Origin: Planctomycetota bacterium
GTDB taxonomy: Bacteria; Planctomycetota; B15-G4
DNA: 64,000 nucleotides
Direction of reading: 5' to 3'
Assembly (NCBI GenBank): GCA_965248575.1
Contig: CBDFJQ010000002.1
Location: forward strand, 1,920,001 to 1,984,000
Each line of letters begins with the position of its first letter. Position 1 is the stretch's first letter. This document shows, piece after piece, positions 29,063-38,625 of the stretch. The position numbers were made by a program, and so were the translations under genes. A model generated the notes under the pieces. It was not told the DNA's origin. It ran no database searches and was given only the letters and a program-made list of their open reading frames with translations.

Positions 29063-30309
29063 ACAGCTCGACTCCCACCAGGCGTCAGCGGGGGGGAACC
29101 CTCGGCTCGCTGCTGGTGATCCTCTTGCTGCTCGCCACCGGAGCAGGCCTGTGGTGGCAGAACCGGGCACCCGCATCGACGGGCGTGGATGCCGACCGCC
29201 TCGTCAGCGTCGAAACGCGAGAGGTGCTCGACGCCGTCAACGCTTCGGGTCGCGTGGAACCCCATGCTCGCGTCGCCGTCATGAGCCGCGCCAGCGGCAT
29301 CTTGGAGAAGCTCCTGGTGGAAGAGGGGGACGCGGTCAACCAGGGCCAGGTGCTCGCAGAATTGGACCGCGAGCAACTCGAAGCCTCATTGGCCCAGGAC
29401 CGCGCCGACCTGCAGTCCGCGGAGGCCCGCGTCGCCGCCGCCAGGGCCCGGGTGCTCGAAGCCTTGGTCTCGCTGGAGGACCCGGAACTCGAGTTCGTTC
29501 GCCGGGAATCGGAACGCCTGGCGTTGTTGTTCGACACGGGCGATGTCACGGAACGCGAGTTGGAAGCAGCGCAACGGGAGCACGCCCGCATCCAGTTCGA
29601 AATCGAACGGCTCTCGGCTGGCCTGCCCGTGCTGGAAGCAGATGTGGCAGAAGCCCTCGCCAACCTGGACGCGGCCGCAGCCTCCATCGAGCGCAGCGAG
29701 ACAGCATTGCGGGAAGCCACCATCCGCTCGCCCATCGACGGCATCGTGCTCGTGCGCGACAAAGAGGTGGGGGACGGTGTGTCGTCGATCCTCACAGCGG
29801 GCGGCAATGCCACTCGCGTCATGTCCCTGGGCGACCTCTCGGAGATGTTCATCGAGGCGCGTGTGGACGAGGTGGATCTAGGGCGTATCCGGCTGGGCAT
29901 GCCAGCGCGTGTCACCGTGGATGCCCACCGCGGCCAGACCCTCGAAGGCCTGGTGGCGCGCATCGCTCCGGCCGGCTCCGTCGACAACAACGGCATCGTC
30001 ACCTTCGAGGTGCGCGTCACCGTGAAGGACCCCAACAGACTCTTGCGGCCCGACATGACCGCGGATGCGCGCCTGATCATCGATCGACGGGAGAACGCCC
30101 CGACCATCGCACAGAGCGCTTTGATCCGCGGCCTCAACGACACCTGGAGCGCCCAGAAGGTCGAGGGATCCGGACTCACGGAGCGGGTGGAGACAGTCGA
30201 AGTCCGCATCGGCCTGAGTGACGGCCTCATGACGGAGGTGCTTGAGGGTCTGGAGGTTGGCGACCGGGTGCTTCTGCCCAACGTCCTGGCCGGTTCCCGC
30301 GGGCGCTGA
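29059..30309 (+). CDS. Efflux periplasmic adaptor (MacA/HlyD-like membrane fusion protein)
   Basis: N-terminal TM, lipoyl halves (VEEGDAVNQGQVL; IRSPIDGIV), coiled coil, LRPDMTA. GTGA overlap with the upstream gene. Confidence 0.92.
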   Translation: MNSSTPTRRQRGGTLGSLLVILLLLATGAGLWWQNRAPASTGVDADRLVSVETREVLDAVNASGRVEPHARVAVMSRASGILEKLLVEEGDAVNQGQVLAELDREQLEASLAQDRADLQSAEARVAAARARVLEALVSLEDPELEFVRRESERLALLFDTGDVTERELEAAQREHARIQFEIERLSAGLPVLEADVAEALANLDAAAASIERSETALREATIRSPIDGIVLVRDKEVGDGVSSILTAGGNATRVMSLGDLSEMFIEARVDEVDLGRIRLGMPARVTVDAHRGQTLEGLVARIAPAGSVDNNGIVTFEVRVTVKDPNRLLRPDMTADARLIIDRRENAPTIAQSALIRGLNDTWSAQKVEGSGLTERVETVEVRIGLSDGLMTEVLEGLEVGDRVLLPNVLAGSRGR

Positions 30310-30315
30310 TTCTCC

Positions 30316-31590
30316 GTGACGCTTTGGTCCCTCATCGCCGAGTCCTTCGCATCGATCGGGCTCGAGATTCGGCGCATCGCCCCCATGGCAGCGGGCATCG
30401 TCTGGGGCGTGGCCTCGGTCTTCGTGCTGGTTGCGCTGGGCCGTGGGTTCGAGGACACCCAGCGCCGTTCGCTCGAGGCGCTCGGGGACAGCTTCCTGCT
30501 GCTGCGCGTCAACCGTGCCACCACCAGCCGGGGCGACATCCGCAGCAACGCCTTCGTGAGGCTCGAGGGTGACGACATCGACATGGCGCGCGAAGCGTCG
30601 CCGTCAGTCGCTGCCATCTCTCCAAAAGCGAACAACTGGTTCATGCAGGGCTACCGAGACGGCAAGCTCGCCCGCTTGCACGCGGTGGGCGTGGACCCGG
30701 AATACGCAGACATCTGTCATGTGGCCATGGCATCGGGTGGGCGCTGGCTCGACGACAATGACATGCAGCACGAGCTGCCCGTGTGCGTCATCGGACCCGG
30801 TGCGCGCGAGGAGCTCTTCGGCGACGAGCCGTATCTCGGGCAGGAGATCCAGCTCATCTTCACCCGTGGTGCGGGGGAGGACACCCTGCTGAGGCGCCTG
30901 ACGGTCATCGGTTCCTTGAGCGAGGTCGAGCTGGCGGGCGACGACATCTACACGAGCCACCGACGGGCGGTCTTCGTGCCCTTCACCACCTGGGAGCGAA
31001 TGTCACCGCAGGGCTTCCAGTTCATGGTCATGCGCCCGCTCACACCGGCCCACAAGGAAGCCGCCCTGTCCGAGGTACGCGCTGCCCTGGCCTACCGTCG
31101 GGGCTTCGACCCGGACAACAAGAACACGCTCATCCCCTACTTTGATGCCATCGATCGATCGCAGCGGATCGAGGAGGTCTTCGGTGGCCTGGAGGTGTTC
31201 CTGGGAGCGGTGGGAGCCTTGATCATGCTGCTAGGAGCAGTGGGCGTGGCGAACGTCGTGCTCATGTCCGTCACGGCGCGCACGGCAGAGTTCGGGTTGC
31301 GGCGGGCCCTGGGCTGCAAGAGCCGCTGGGTCTTCGCACAAGTGTTCCTAGAAGCCTCCCTGGTGTGTGTGATCAGCGGCGGCCTGGGCTTCCTGCTGGG
31401 TGCGGGAGGGGTGGGCGTCATGCGCGGCATCGAGCTGCCCGAGGGCTTCTCCGTGCCACAGGCGGAGTGGCAAGCGGCGCTCCTGCCGGGAGCCCTGCTG
31501 CTTGTGGTCAGCCTGGGTGCTGCGCTCTGGCCCGCAACGCGTGCTGCCCGCATGTCGGTCGTGGAAGCCCTGCACGGAGCACCGCTCTGA
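30316..31590 (+). CDS. ABC transporter permease (MacB/FtsX type)
   Basis: GIVWGVASV, a periplasmic core, GAVGVANVVLMSVTARTAEFGLRRALG, WPATRAARM. Confidence 0.92.
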   Translation: MTLWSLIAESFASIGLEIRRIAPMAAGIVWGVASVFVLVALGRGFEDTQRRSLEALGDSFLLLRVNRATTSRGDIRSNAFVRLEGDDIDMAREASPSVAAISPKANNWFMQGYRDGKLARLHAVGVDPEYADICHVAMASGGRWLDDNDMQHELPVCVIGPGAREELFGDEPYLGQEIQLIFTRGAGEDTLLRRLTVIGSLSEVELAGDDIYTSHRRAVFVPFTTWERMSPQGFQFMVMRPLTPAHKEAALSEVRAALAYRRGFDPDNKNTLIPYFDAIDRSQRIEEVFGGLEVFLGAVGALIMLLGAVGVANVVLMSVTARTAEFGLRRALGCKSRWVFAQVFLEASLVCVISGGLGFLLGAGGVGVMRGIELPEGFSVPQAEWQAALLPGALLLVVSLGAALWPATRAARMSVVEALHGAPL

Positions 31591-31606
31591 TCGGCGGCAC
31601 GCCAGC

Positions 31607-32833
31607 ATGACGACCCTCCTGTCCATTCTTCGCGAAGCTCTCGGCAGCCTTCTGAGCCACCCCCTGCGATCCGCACTCACCGCGGCCAGCGTCACCTTCG
31701 GTGCGGCGGTGCTGATCATCCTGCTGAGCTACGCCAGGGGCTTTCCGGAGACCACGAGCACGATGCTGCGCGGCCTCGGCAGCAAGGAGTTCCTGGTGGA
31801 GCCCAGCCGCCGGCGAGGCATGGGCACGGGGCGCAGCGGTCGGCAGGTCCAGATCCGCTACTCCGACATGCCGGCCATCCGGGATGCCTGTCCCTCCATC
31901 GACGGCATGGCCCCCACCTACCGCCCGGGCCGCGGCGGCCCGGTGTTCTCAAGCGATCGCTCCTGGCCCTGGGCCCTCGTGAATGGTGTTGGCCACGCCT
32001 ACCGCGATGTCACCGGGATGAACATCAGCAGTGGACGCTGGTTCACGCCCGAGGAAGAAGAGCAGGGCGAGGAGGTCGCGCTCATCAGCCTGCGCCTGGC
32101 CGAAGGAATGTTCGACGGCAAGTCCCCCCTGGGGCTGAACGTGGACGCTCTGGGCCGGCGCTTCCGGATCATCGGTGTTTTCGAGAGCAACTCGAGCTTC
32201 GCCTACTCCCTCTTCGTGCCCTACCCCACTTCGATGGAGATGGGCGATACGGGAGGACGCTTCGTCAGTCGTATTGCCTTTGCGCCCCTCCGTCCGGACC
32301 TGGCTGCCGATGCCATCCAGGAGATCCGCTCGGCCATCAGCGTGCTCTACTCCCTCGACCCCGAAGACGAGACGGCCCTCGACATCAAGGAGAACACGGC
32401 CTTCGTCGAGAAGATCGAGGCCGTGAGCTTCGGGCTCGAGACCTTGGTGGTCGTGATCGCCACCATCGCCCTGGTGCTGGGCTGCCTCGGCGCCGCCAAC
32501 GTGGTCGGTATCGCCGTGGCCGAGCGCACCGGTGAGCTGGGCTTGCGCAAGGCCTTGGGTGCCACCGCCGGCAGACTGCGCGCCGAGGTCCTGAGCGAGA
32601 CACTGATCCTGTGCACGGCGGGAGGCGCGTTGGGCGTCGGACTCGGCGCAGCCTGCATCGCGCTCCTGGGACCGCTCTCCTTCTCGGACAACGCCATCCT
32701 CGTTCCGCGCACGAATCCGGAGCAACTGCTCGCGGCCTCCCTGCTGCTCGTCATCACGGCCACCCTGGCCGCTCTGCCCGCCGCACACCGTGCGGCACGT
32801 CTCAACCCGGTGGATGCCTTGCGGGCCGAGTAG
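31607..32833 (+). CDS. Second ABC transporter permease (MacB/FtsX type)
   Basis: Start at ATG 31607. RSALT...FG, ANVVGIAVAERTGELGLRKALGA, PAHRAARLNPVDALRAE. Confidence 0.92.
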   Translation: MTTLLSILREALGSLLSHPLRSALTAASVTFGAAVLIILLSYARGFPETTSTMLRGLGSKEFLVEPSRRRGMGTGRSGRQVQIRYSDMPAIRDACPSIDGMAPTYRPGRGGPVFSSDRSWPWALVNGVGHAYRDVTGMNISSGRWFTPEEEEQGEEVALISLRLAEGMFDGKSPLGLNVDALGRRFRIIGVFESNSSFAYSLFVPYPTSMEMGDTGGRFVSRIAFAPLRPDLAADAIQEIRSAISVLYSLDPEDETALDIKENTAFVEKIEAVSFGLETLVVVIATIALVLGCLGAANVVGIAVAERTGELGLRKALGATAGRLRAEVLSETLILCTAGGALGVGLGAACIALLGPLSFSDNAILVPRTNPEQLLAASLLLVITATLAALPAAHRAARLNPVDALRAE

Positions 32834-32851
32834 TCGAGGCTTACCAGGACC

Positions 32852-33913
32852 TTACCAGGGCCAGACCGACGGCCGGATCTTGCGCGCGAGCCCGGAGGCA
32901 CGGTGTCGGTGAGGGCCCAACCTGGCCCCGCCGAGGACGACAGCCGCGAACGTCAAGATCAGCAGCGCGAAGACGGACTCTCCCAGGCCGTAGGCGAGAC
33001 CCGCGTGCAGCAGCAAGCCAGCCGCGAGGGCCCCGCGAGTGTCCAGCCAACGCTGCCGCGTGTCCCAGGAGCCGAGCACCCGGAACATCGCGAAGACACA
33101 ACAGGCAGCACCGACGAAGGCGTAGTTCGGCTGAGCCCAGCCGAAGTGGTAATCGTTACCCAAGGTCAGGGCGACCGCTGCGCCGAGCGCCAGGGCCATG
33201 CACACGACGAACGCACAGCTGCGCAGCAAGCGCGCCTCCGGGCGCGCCTTCAAGACGCTGCCCGAACGAGCGCAGAGCACAAACACGCAGGCGGCCAAGA
33301 GCGCCGGAGCCAAGATCTCGCGCGGCAATCCGCCGAGCATCCAAGTGCCCCACAGCGGCGCTCCTGTCGCGAGCAGGCTGTGCCCATGCAAGAGCCCGTA
33401 GGCACTGGCCAGGCCAAGCAGATAGGCCGCAGCGTGCGTCGCCACTGCCACGGGGAGGTCGAGCGGGCTGCCTTCGACGCGCGCCAGCCACCAACCCAGG
33501 CCAGCGGCCAGCAAGGCACACACGATGGCGTCCGCCGGGAGCAGCGCTGTGCACAAGAGCCCGCCCAGCAACCATGGGCGCGAAAACTCCCAAGAGTGAT
33601 CGCCCTCGGCGATCCAGGCGTCCGAACCCTTGGCCCGTCGCTGTGCAAACGTCAACAAGAACACCGCAGCAGCCGCCACCAGGACGAAGAAGCAGGCCCG
33701 CGCATCCCGGTTCATGGACTCGGAGAGCGTGAACAGGCCCACACCCAGCGGACCCGAACCAGACCGAACACCGCCGCTGGAAGCCGAGCTCAAAACGGGC
33801 ACCACGATCAGCTTGTGCCCGATCGCCCAACCCAACACCACGCCGCCCATGGCCACCGCCGACCGCAGGCCTCGTGTTGACCCCTCGGCTTGCTTCCGCG
33901 TCGTGTCGCTCAT
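32852..33913 (-). CDS. Hypothetical multi-pass membrane protein
   Basis: About 9-10 hydrophobic segments. It fills the gap and is co-oriented with the SRPBCC gene. No family recognised. Confidence 0.6.
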   Translation of the reverse strand: MSDTTRKQAEGSTRGLRSAVAMGGVVLGWAIGHKLIVVPVLSSASSGGVRSGSGPLGVGLFTLSESMNRDARACFFVLVAAAAVFLLTFAQRRAKGSDAWIAEGDHSWEFSRPWLLGGLLCTALLPADAIVCALLAAGLGWWLARVEGSPLDLPVAVATHAAAYLLGLASAYGLLHGHSLLATGAPLWGTWMLGGLPREILAPALLAACVFVLCARSGSVLKARPEARLLRSCAFVVCMALALGAAVALTLGNDYHFGWAQPNYAFVGAACCVFAMFRVLGSWDTRQRWLDTRGALAAGLLLHAGLAYGLGESVFALLILTFAAVVLGGARLGPHRHRASGLARKIRPSVWPW

Positions 33914-33953
33914 CGCTCAATCCCCGTGAGGAGCTCAGGCTCGTGTCGCGCTG

Positions 33954-34418
33954 CTAGGAGACTGCCTCCGACTCCGTCTGCTCTGAATGTTCCTTGAGGC
34001 AAGCCAAGTCGCTCTCGACACACTTCTTCATGGTGTTCGTCATCATCTTTGCGAGCGGCGTCATGAGCTTGGCCATCAGACTGTGCGCCTCGGCGCGGAA
34101 GTCCATGGTGACGTTGGTTCCCCCGTCTTCCGGTGTGAACGTGATCGTCGTCACATACAGGGAACCATGACTGTCCGCCTGCAGGACATAGCGCTCGTTG
34201 GGTTCGAACTCGGTGATCTCCATCTCCTCGGTGCACTCGCGCTTGAACATGATGCGCGTCTCCCGAAAGCGGGTACCGACACCGACGGGACCGTCCGTGA
34301 GAACTTCCGACTTGCTGATGCCCTCGATGAAGCTGGCTGTCTCAGCAAAGTTCGTCGCATGCGCGAAGACACGCTCTGCCGGAGCATTCACTTGGCAGCT
34401 GACAGAGATTCCCGGCAT
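33954..34418 (-). CDS. SRPBCC/polyketide cyclase-dehydrase family protein
   Basis: VNAPAERVF...GPVGVGTRFRETR...EITEFEPNER...GGTNVT. Start at ATG 34418. Confidence 0.88.
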   Translation of the reverse strand: MPGISVSCQVNAPAERVFAHATNFAETASFIEGISKSEVLTDGPVGVGTRFRETRIMFKRECTEEMEITEFEPNERYVLQADSHGSLYVTTITFTPEDGGTNVTMDFRAEAHSLMAKLMTPLAKMMTNTMKKCVESDLACLKEHSEQTESEAVS

Positions 34419-34629
34419 TTCACGCTTCCTCTCGTTTGTTTCCCGGTCAGTGCCGATCAGCCCCAGATGGGCTGCGCTCGGGGCGTGGCACACCGTTCGA
34501 TCCTCAGCTGCCTAGCCTAACACCCTACTGCGGACCCATCCTGCCAGCGTGAACGCAGCTCCCACCCTCCATCCGATTCCTTGCTGTAGTCTTCAGAGAA
34601 TCCGCTGTTCGCCCTGAATCCCCTCCGAG

Positions 34630-36105
34630 ATGCATGAGATGGCCGCACGTCGATCCATCGTCTTCTTGCTCGCCCTGTGGCTGGGTCTCGCACCCGTTGC
34701 CCACGCCACCTGGTCTATCATCCTGGTGGACAGCGCCACGGGGGAGGTGGCGGTGGGCACAGCCACCTGTCTGCCCGGCACCGATCTGCGTGCGTTCGTG
34801 CCCGTGATCGTCGTCGGGGTGGGTGCCGGTGCCACCCAGAGTCAGGTCGACCCTTCGGGCAAGCACAAGAAGCTCATCTTCAATGAGCTCAAAGCGGGAA
34901 CAGACCCAGCCCAGATCATCGCGTTGCTGAAGCTCGCGGAAACGGTGCCCGGCTTGAAGTGTTCGCGGCAGTACGGCGTGGTCGACATGCTCGGCGGCTC
35001 CGCGAGTTTCAGCGGCGGCTGCAACGGCCCATTCCGAGGCCATCGCTTCGGAACCGTCGGCACGGTGAGCTACGCAATCCAAGGCAACGTCCTCACCGGC
35101 TTGCCCGTGGTCCTGGCCGCAGAGGCCGCCATCATGTCCAGCGGCGGCCTGCTCTCGGACCGGCTGATGGCGGGAATGGAGGCGGCGCGTTCCATGGGAG
35201 GCGACGGTCGCTGCTCCTGTGACATGAACCCGCCCGCCGATTCCTGTGGCGCACCACCTGTGGGCGGCTTCGTGAAGTCGGCCCATGTGGGCACCGTGAT
35301 CGTGGCCCGGGTCGGCGATACGGACGGCCCCTGCGCAGGGGGGGCGCTTGGCTGCGCGGGAGGCGACTACTGGCTCAACCTGAACTACATGGGTGGGACG
35401 ACGGACCCCGACCCCGTGTTCTACCTGGCTGACGTCTACAACGACTTCAAGCAACGCCGCAGCGGGCAAGTGGATGGCGTGGCCAGCAGCGCCAGCTGGA
35501 GGACGCCGACACTGCTGCCTGGGGGCGGCGCCGTGGCACAGCTGGATCTCAGCCTGGCCGACCTCAACGGCATCCCGCTGCAAACGGGCGGTGCAGCGAT
35601 CCATGTGCAGCACACCGAGGACAGCGCGGGCCTCAGCACGCGCCAGATCGTCACGGACAACGCTGACGGAACCTACAGCATCCGCTTCCTCGCCTCGGCG
35701 ACCTCAGGCACGGATCGTTTCGAGATCAGCATGAGCACCGGGCTCGGCGAGGCCACCCTCTACCCGCTACCCGAGATCGACTACCCGCTGCCCCTGCAGA
35801 GCAGCCACGACGAGCTGTCGGCCGCCCTGGGCGGGGAGCTGGTGTTCGACCTGGCAGGGCCGGAGCAGGCGGCGGGCCAGACCTATGTCCTTCGGCTCTC
35901 ACTTGACTCCTTGGCGAACGCGCCCGAAGTGAGCCTCACCCTCCCTCCCCAGGCGCTGGACGCCCAGGGCCGGGCGACTGTGGAGCTTTCCTTGCCTCCG
36001 GGGCGGCTCGCCCCCCTGGTCGGGCGAACGGTGCTGGCGCAATGGGTCACGAGCAAACCCAGCCCCTTCTCGAGCGCTCCAGCCGAGGTGCGGATCCTGC
36101 CCTGA
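34630..36105 (+). CDS. Secreted DUF1028-like Ntn-hydrolase-fold protein with Ig-like and C-terminal beta domains
   Basis: Signal peptide AHA|TWSII..D..TGEV, GAGATQS, RQYGVVD, AIQGNVL, GGDGRC. Later VTDNADGTYS suggests an Ig/filamin-like domain. Confidence 0.85.
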   Translation: MHEMAARRSIVFLLALWLGLAPVAHATWSIILVDSATGEVAVGTATCLPGTDLRAFVPVIVVGVGAGATQSQVDPSGKHKKLIFNELKAGTDPAQIIALLKLAETVPGLKCSRQYGVVDMLGGSASFSGGCNGPFRGHRFGTVGTVSYAIQGNVLTGLPVVLAAEAAIMSSGGLLSDRLMAGMEAARSMGGDGRCSCDMNPPADSCGAPPVGGFVKSAHVGTVIVARVGDTDGPCAGGALGCAGGDYWLNLNYMGGTTDPDPVFYLADVYNDFKQRRSGQVDGVASSASWRTPTLLPGGGAVAQLDLSLADLNGIPLQTGGAAIHVQHTEDSAGLSTRQIVTDNADGTYSIRFLASATSGTDRFEISMSTGLGEATLYPLPEIDYPLPLQSSHDELSAALGGELVFDLAGPEQAAGQTYVLRLSLDSLANAPEVSLTLPPQALDAQGRATVELSLPPGRLAPLVGRTVLAQWVTSKPSPFSSAPAEVRILP

Positions 36106-36237
36106 GGTCAGCCTCCGGACCATCCGGGCTCCTGCGATGGCCGTGTCCCTCGGCCATCAGCTCGAACTGATGGCTGGTCGATAGGGCCCCCAGCCAGTTG
36201 GCCATGGCCCTTTCGCCCCCTGCGCGGTGCTCCGCTC

Positions 36238-37860
36238 GTGCCCCCCGATCCCCCGTCCGATCTCCGCAGCGCTCCCTCCGCGAAGGACGCCCTGCACGCT
36301 GAACCACCCACGGTGGACCTGGCGATCATTGGCGGTGGCATCCAAGGGGCCTGCCTCGCGCGCGATGCCGCGGGCCGTGGACTCTCCGTCGCGCTGTTCG
36401 AGAAGGGCGATCTGGCCGGCGCCACCTCGTCGGCCAGCAGCAAGTTGATCCACGGTGGGCTGCGCTATCTGGAACACGGCGAGTTCCGGTTGGTTCGCGA
36501 GGCCTTGGCAGAGCGCGAAGTCCTGCTGCGCAACGCACCGCACCTCGTGCATCCCATACGCTTCGTCCTGCCGCATGTGCCCAGCTCGCGCCCGCGCTGG
36601 ATGGTTCGACTGGGGTTGTTCCTCTATGACCGCCTGGGGGGTGCCCGGAGTGTTCCGGCCTCCGCCTTCGTGCGCCTGGAGGGCTCGCCCTTCGGCCGAG
36701 GCCTGGCCCACCACCTCGAGCACGCCCATGTGTACAGCGACTGCTTCACGGACGACGCCCGTCTGGTGGTCCTGAACGCACTGGACGCCGCGAACCGTGG
36801 GGCGCAGATCTGTACCCGCACGGAAGTGATCGCCGCTCACCGCAGCCAGGGCCTCTGGTCACTCGCTGTCATGAACAAGCTCGGCGGGCAGGCCAGTACG
36901 CCCGCGTCCAGCGAAGTCATCCACGCCCGAGCCCTCGTCAACGCCGCAGGCCCGTGGGCCGGCCGAGTGCGCGCGGAGGTCCTGCAACAAGCCCGGCGCG
37001 ACCCTCTTCGGCTGGTGCAGGGCACGCACATCGTGGTCCCGAGGTTGCACGACGGCGACCACGCCCTGACGTTGCCGCTGGCAGACGGGCGCATCGTCTT
37101 CGTCATTCCGTATGGACGTGCCCACTCACTCATCGGCACCACCGAGACCTCGCTGCAGAGCCCAGACAGGGCCGCCCCCAGCGCGGACGAGATTCGCTAC
37201 CTGTGCGCGGCAGTGAGCGGCTTCCTGACGACTCCTGTGCGGGCCGAGGACGTCGTTTGGAGCTTCGCCGGTGTTCGCCCTCTGTACGAGATCGAATCGG
37301 ACACGCGCGCCAAGCACGCCGCCGTGAGCCGGGAAGATGTACTCGAACTATCCCCGGCGGACGGGGGCGCCGTGTCCACGGACGCACCCCTTGTCGACGT
37401 GTTCGGAGGCAAGTTGACCACCGCACGTCGTGTGGCAGAACGCACCCTGGCGACGCTCGCTCCGTGGTTCCCGCAGCTCCCGCCAGCTTGGACCGCCGAC
37501 GCGGCCCTACCAGGTGGAGACCAGCAGCCGGCGGACGTTCGGCAGGCCCTCGGCCGTGCGTTGACCGCTGCGCCCGGGGCAAGTCTCGACGCTCTCGTCG
37601 CCCGCCATGGCTCGCGCGCGCTCCAACTCGCGAAGTCCTTCGGAGAGCTTGGGGAGGAGCTGGCCCCCGGGCTTCACGAGGCCGAAATCGTCTGGCTCAT
37701 GGACCAGGAATGGGCGCTCACCGTCGACGACATCCTGTGGCGACGAACCAAGGCCGGGCTGGGCGCAAGCCTCAAGCAGCAGGAGGCCGTTGCACGTCTC
37801 GTGACACGCTGCGCGACACCTCGTCCACCGGTGCCAGCAGTCGGCCGGGATCGTCGCTGA
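36238..37860 (+). CDS. glpD: FAD-dependent glycerol-3-phosphate dehydrogenase
   Basis: IIGGGIQG, ATSSASSKLIHGGLRYLE, DDARL, GVRPL, GGKLTT, DDILWRRTK. Confidence 0.95.
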   Translation: MPPDPPSDLRSAPSAKDALHAEPPTVDLAIIGGGIQGACLARDAAGRGLSVALFEKGDLAGATSSASSKLIHGGLRYLEHGEFRLVREALAEREVLLRNAPHLVHPIRFVLPHVPSSRPRWMVRLGLFLYDRLGGARSVPASAFVRLEGSPFGRGLAHHLEHAHVYSDCFTDDARLVVLNALDAANRGAQICTRTEVIAAHRSQGLWSLAVMNKLGGQASTPASSEVIHARALVNAAGPWAGRVRAEVLQQARRDPLRLVQGTHIVVPRLHDGDHALTLPLADGRIVFVIPYGRAHSLIGTTETSLQSPDRAAPSADEIRYLCAAVSGFLTTPVRAEDVVWSFAGVRPLYEIESDTRAKHAAVSREDVLELSPADGGAVSTDAPLVDVFGGKLTTARRVAERTLATLAPWFPQLPPAWTADAALPGGDQQPADVRQALGRALTAAPGASLDALVARHGSRALQLAKSFGELGEELAPGLHEAEIVWLMDQEWALTVDDILWRRTKAGLGASLKQQEAVARLVTRCATPRPPVPAVGRDRR

Positions 37861-38569
37861 AGACCGCGTCGATCCCCGCTGCGAAGAGCTCCTCTGCGCG
37901 GTCAGGTCGGTTCACGGTGAAGGCGCGAAGCACGAGATCGCCGCGGCGTTGCGCAATCTCCCGTAGGCGCTCGTCATCCAACCACTGCTCCGACATGTGC
38001 ACAGCGGAGCAGCCGAGGACCAAGGCGCGTTCGGCCCAGTCATCGCAAGCATCCGGCAGCCCCAACGCACGGGGAACCTCGGGCAGCAGCCTTCCTGCAG
38101 CCAGCAATGCCTCGGGGCACTTCGAGGAGAACACCAACTCGTGATGAGGCACCGAGGCGATCACCCGCGCTACCTCGGTGGCGGTCGCCTCCGCATGGGC
38201 TGCATCGGTCTTGGCCTCCACGTGCACCGAAAGACCCAGCTCATGGCAAAGCCGCATGGCCTCCTCGAAGCCCGGGACATGCTCGTCAGAGAACGCCGCC
38301 GCGAACCAGCTCCCCGCGTCCAGCACCGCCAGGCTCGTGAGGCTGAACGCGATCACGGGTCCCGAGCCGTTCGTCGTGCGGTGCAGCTCGTCGTCGTGCA
38401 TGAGCGCCAGGGAACCGCAGCCCGTGAGCCGGACATCAAACTCCACCCAACGCGCGCCATAGCGCGCCGACGCCCGGATGCCGGCCAGGGTGTTCTCGGG
38501 AGCGAACTTGGCGGCCCCACGATGTCCGATGACGCGCTCCCGGCGCGCGAGTGAGTCAGGCGATGACAT
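37772..38569 (-). CDS. ugpQ: Glycerophosphodiester phosphodiesterase (UgpQ-like)
   Basis: IGHRGA...PENTL, VEFDV, HDDELHRTTNG, LDAGSWF, FTVN...GIDAVFSD. Start at ATG 38569. Confidence 0.9.
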   Translation of the reverse strand: MSSPDSLARRERVIGHRGAAKFAPENTLAGIRASARYGARWVEFDVRLTGCGSLALMHDDELHRTTNGSGPVIAFSLTSLAVLDAGSWFAAAFSDEHVPGFEEAMRLCHELGLSVHVEAKTDAAHAEATATEVARVIASVPHHELVFSSKCPEALLAAGRLLPEVPRALGLPDACDDWAERALVLGCSAVHMSEQWLDDERLREIAQRRGDLVLRAFTVNRPDRAEELFAAGIDAVFSDDPGRLLAPVDEVSRSVSRDVQRPPAA

Positions 38570-38625
38570 GGCGTGATTCCAGGAGGCGTGCGGGCCGGCC
38601 CGCCTAGGGGCCCGGCAACTCCTGC

